Shown here in pieces: positions 62,947 to 64,000 of a stretch of 64,000 nucleotides of DNA. The translations under genes and the position numbers were made by a program. The DNA is from Vicinamibacterales bacterium (GTDB lineage Bacteria; Acidobacteriota; Vicinamibacteria; Vicinamibacterales; 2-12-FULL-66-21), in the NCBI GenBank assembly GCA_038320555.1, contig JBBQEJ010000002.1, positions 22,618 to 86,617 of the forward strand, written 5' to 3'. The notes below the pieces were generated by a model. It was not told the origin of the DNA and made no database searches. It saw only the letters and a list, made by a program, of their open reading frames with translations. The number at the start of each line of letters is the position of its first letter. The stretch's first letter is position 1.

Positions 62947-63044
62947 TTGCCAGTTCCCGGTTCCCAGTTCCCAGAAAACATCGCAAGCCCAGTGGTGCGA
63001 AACCGGAAGCGACAACTGGCAACTGGCAACTGGAAACTGGCACC
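62947..63044. repeat. inverted arrays of CCAGTTC heptamers (62947-62974) and AACTGGC heptamers (63013-63044), 38-nt spacer
   Basis: ttg ccagttc ccggttc ccagttc ccag ... caactgg caactgg caactgg aaactgg cacc. It starts 22 nt downstream of the dinG stop on the minus strand. Confidence 0.8.
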
Positions 63045-63066
63045 AGGAACGAAGCTCATAAGTGTC

Positions 63067-64000
63067 TCATTGCCCGTCAGGCGCGTCGGTCGCAAAAAAG
63101 CGCTCGATGTCCTGTACCTGATATGTGACGGGCGCCGGCGGCAGGGAGGCGAGGAATCTGCGGCCGTAGCTCATCGAGCGCAAACGAGGATCCAGGACCG
63201 CGAGTACCCCGCGATCCTGCCGGTGCCGCAGCAGCCGGCCGAGGCCCTGCTGCAATGCCAGGATCGCCAGCGGGATCTGGTACTCGCCGAATGCCGACCC
63301 GCCGCGCGCCTTGATTGCGTCGATCCGCGCCGACGTGATCGGATCGCCCGGCGACGCGAACGGAAGCTTATCGATGATGACGCAGCTCAAGGCCTCCCCG
63401 ACCACGTCGACACCCTGCCAGAAGCTCGAGGTGGCGAGGAGCACGGCGTTCGGCGTGGCCTTGAAGTCGCGGAGGAGCGCCGATCGGGGGGCGGTTCCCT
63501 GCACGAGGATCGGGTACTCGATCTCGGCCGAGGCGCGCGCCTGGACTTCGCGGAGATTCGCGTAGCTCGTGAACAGCACGAAGGCCCGGCCGCGCGTCCG
63601 CTTGATGATTTCAATCACCTCGCGCGCGACCGCGGTCCCAAACTCGCGTGAGCGCGGATCCGGCATGCGCTTGGGCAGATACAGGATTGCCTGACGCGTG
63701 TAATCGAACTCCGAGGCAAGCCGGACTTCTCGCGCCCGTCTGATCCCGAGGCGTCCGCGCACGTACTCGAACGATCCGTCCACGGTGAGCGTGGCGGACG
63801 TCAGGACGGTCGCCGTCATGCGATCGAGGAGCAACTCGCGCACGATGGCCGAAACGTCGATCGGCGATCCACGGAGGAAGACTCCGCGGCCACGCGCCTC
63901 GAGGTAGTAGACGAAGCCCGGGTCGTCGGCGCGCAGGAGGAACTCCGTGTCCTTCCGCAGGTCAGCCGCCCGGGCGCCGAGCGCGAGCACGTCGGGCGGG
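63067..64000 (-). CDS. dinG: DinG/XPD-family ATP-dependent DNA helicase, C-terminal part (gene continues past right edge)
   Basis: VLFTSYANLREV, AVLLATSSFWQGVDVVGEALSCVIIDKLPFASPGDP, QGLGRLLRHRQDRGVLAVLDPRL (helicase C-terminal motifs V/VI). The frame is open to the window end. Confidence 0.85.
   Translation of the reverse strand, partial: PPDVLALGARAADLRKDTEFLLRADDPGFVYYLEARGRGVFLRGSPIDVSAIVRELLLDRMTATVLTSATLTVDGSFEYVRGRLGIRRAREVRLASEFDYTRQAILYLPKRMPDPRSREFGTAVAREVIEIIKRTRGRAFVLFTSYANLREVQARASAEIEYPILVQGTAPRSALLRDFKATPNAVLLATSSFWQGVDVVGEALSCVIIDKLPFASPGDPITSARIDAIKARGGSAFGEYQIPLAILALQQGLGRLLRHRQDRGVLAVLDPRLRSMSYGRRFLASLPPAPVTYQVQDIERFFATDAPDGQ

Noticed and set aside
1-64000. Mobile genetic element, prophage, defence island or toxin-antitoxin content
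   Set aside because: No integrase, transposase, recombinase, phage structural, Cas, restriction, retron-RT or small paired toxin/antitoxin ORFs could be supported. All ORFs of 100 aa or more that look real are accounted for by housekeeping or glycan-synthesis families.

Overview
GC-rich bacterial chromosomal window. I saw no rRNA genes, CRISPR arrays, transposases, integrases or phage genes. There are three blocks. (1) Positions 1-19,994 hold a tightly packed run of 17 minus-strand genes that looks like one glycoconjugate/envelope-glycan operon. It contains two GT4 genes, four Dpm1/GtrB/ArnC-type GT2 genes, two multi-pass GT-C transferases, a GT9 heptosyltransferase, a DegT aminotransferase, two extended SDRs, an MBOAT + SGNH O-acyltransferase pair, a radical-SAM/SPASM enzyme, one 613-aa protein of unknown family and a secreted protein. 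No Wzx/Wzy/Wzz/ABC exporter or initiating phosphoglycosyltransferase is visible. (2) ychF sits divergent to a complete plus-strand dcw cluster at 21,385-38,328: promoter + MraZ boxes, mraZ-rsmH-ftsL-ftsI-murE-murF-mraY-murD-ftsW-murG-murC-ftsQ-ftsA-ftsZ. murB and ddl are absent, and most junctions are 1- or 4-nt overlaps. (3) Positions 38.5-64 kb are a housekeeping mix: TIGR03960-like radical SAM, SpoVG-like, acpS, pgeF, RNase HI + zinc-ribbon protein, tRNA(CAU), rpoD, dnaG, mutS2, larB, a stand-alone processive GT2 synthase, citrate synthase, ada, lepA-lepB, hutI + cyclodeaminase, divIVA, yggS, a TPR protein and a dinG fragment. The most unusual signal is non-coding. Almost every inter-operon gap, and several gene ends, carry a hairpin built from short tandem repeats of 7-10 nt units followed by their complement. 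These fall into a few recurring sequence families (GAACCGC, CTGATTG, TAGCGGC, AACTGGC, GGTGAATT, GGTAGAACC). One 35-bp palindrome of the GAACCGC family sits in frame inside mutS2. Many supplied ORFs are over-extended at the N-terminus or are antisense shadow ORFs typical of high-GC DNA. I re-picked starts from stop/start overlaps and RBS context. All family assignments come from motifs read by eye, with no database search. Gene content would fit an Acidobacteriota-like diderm, but that is only inference.
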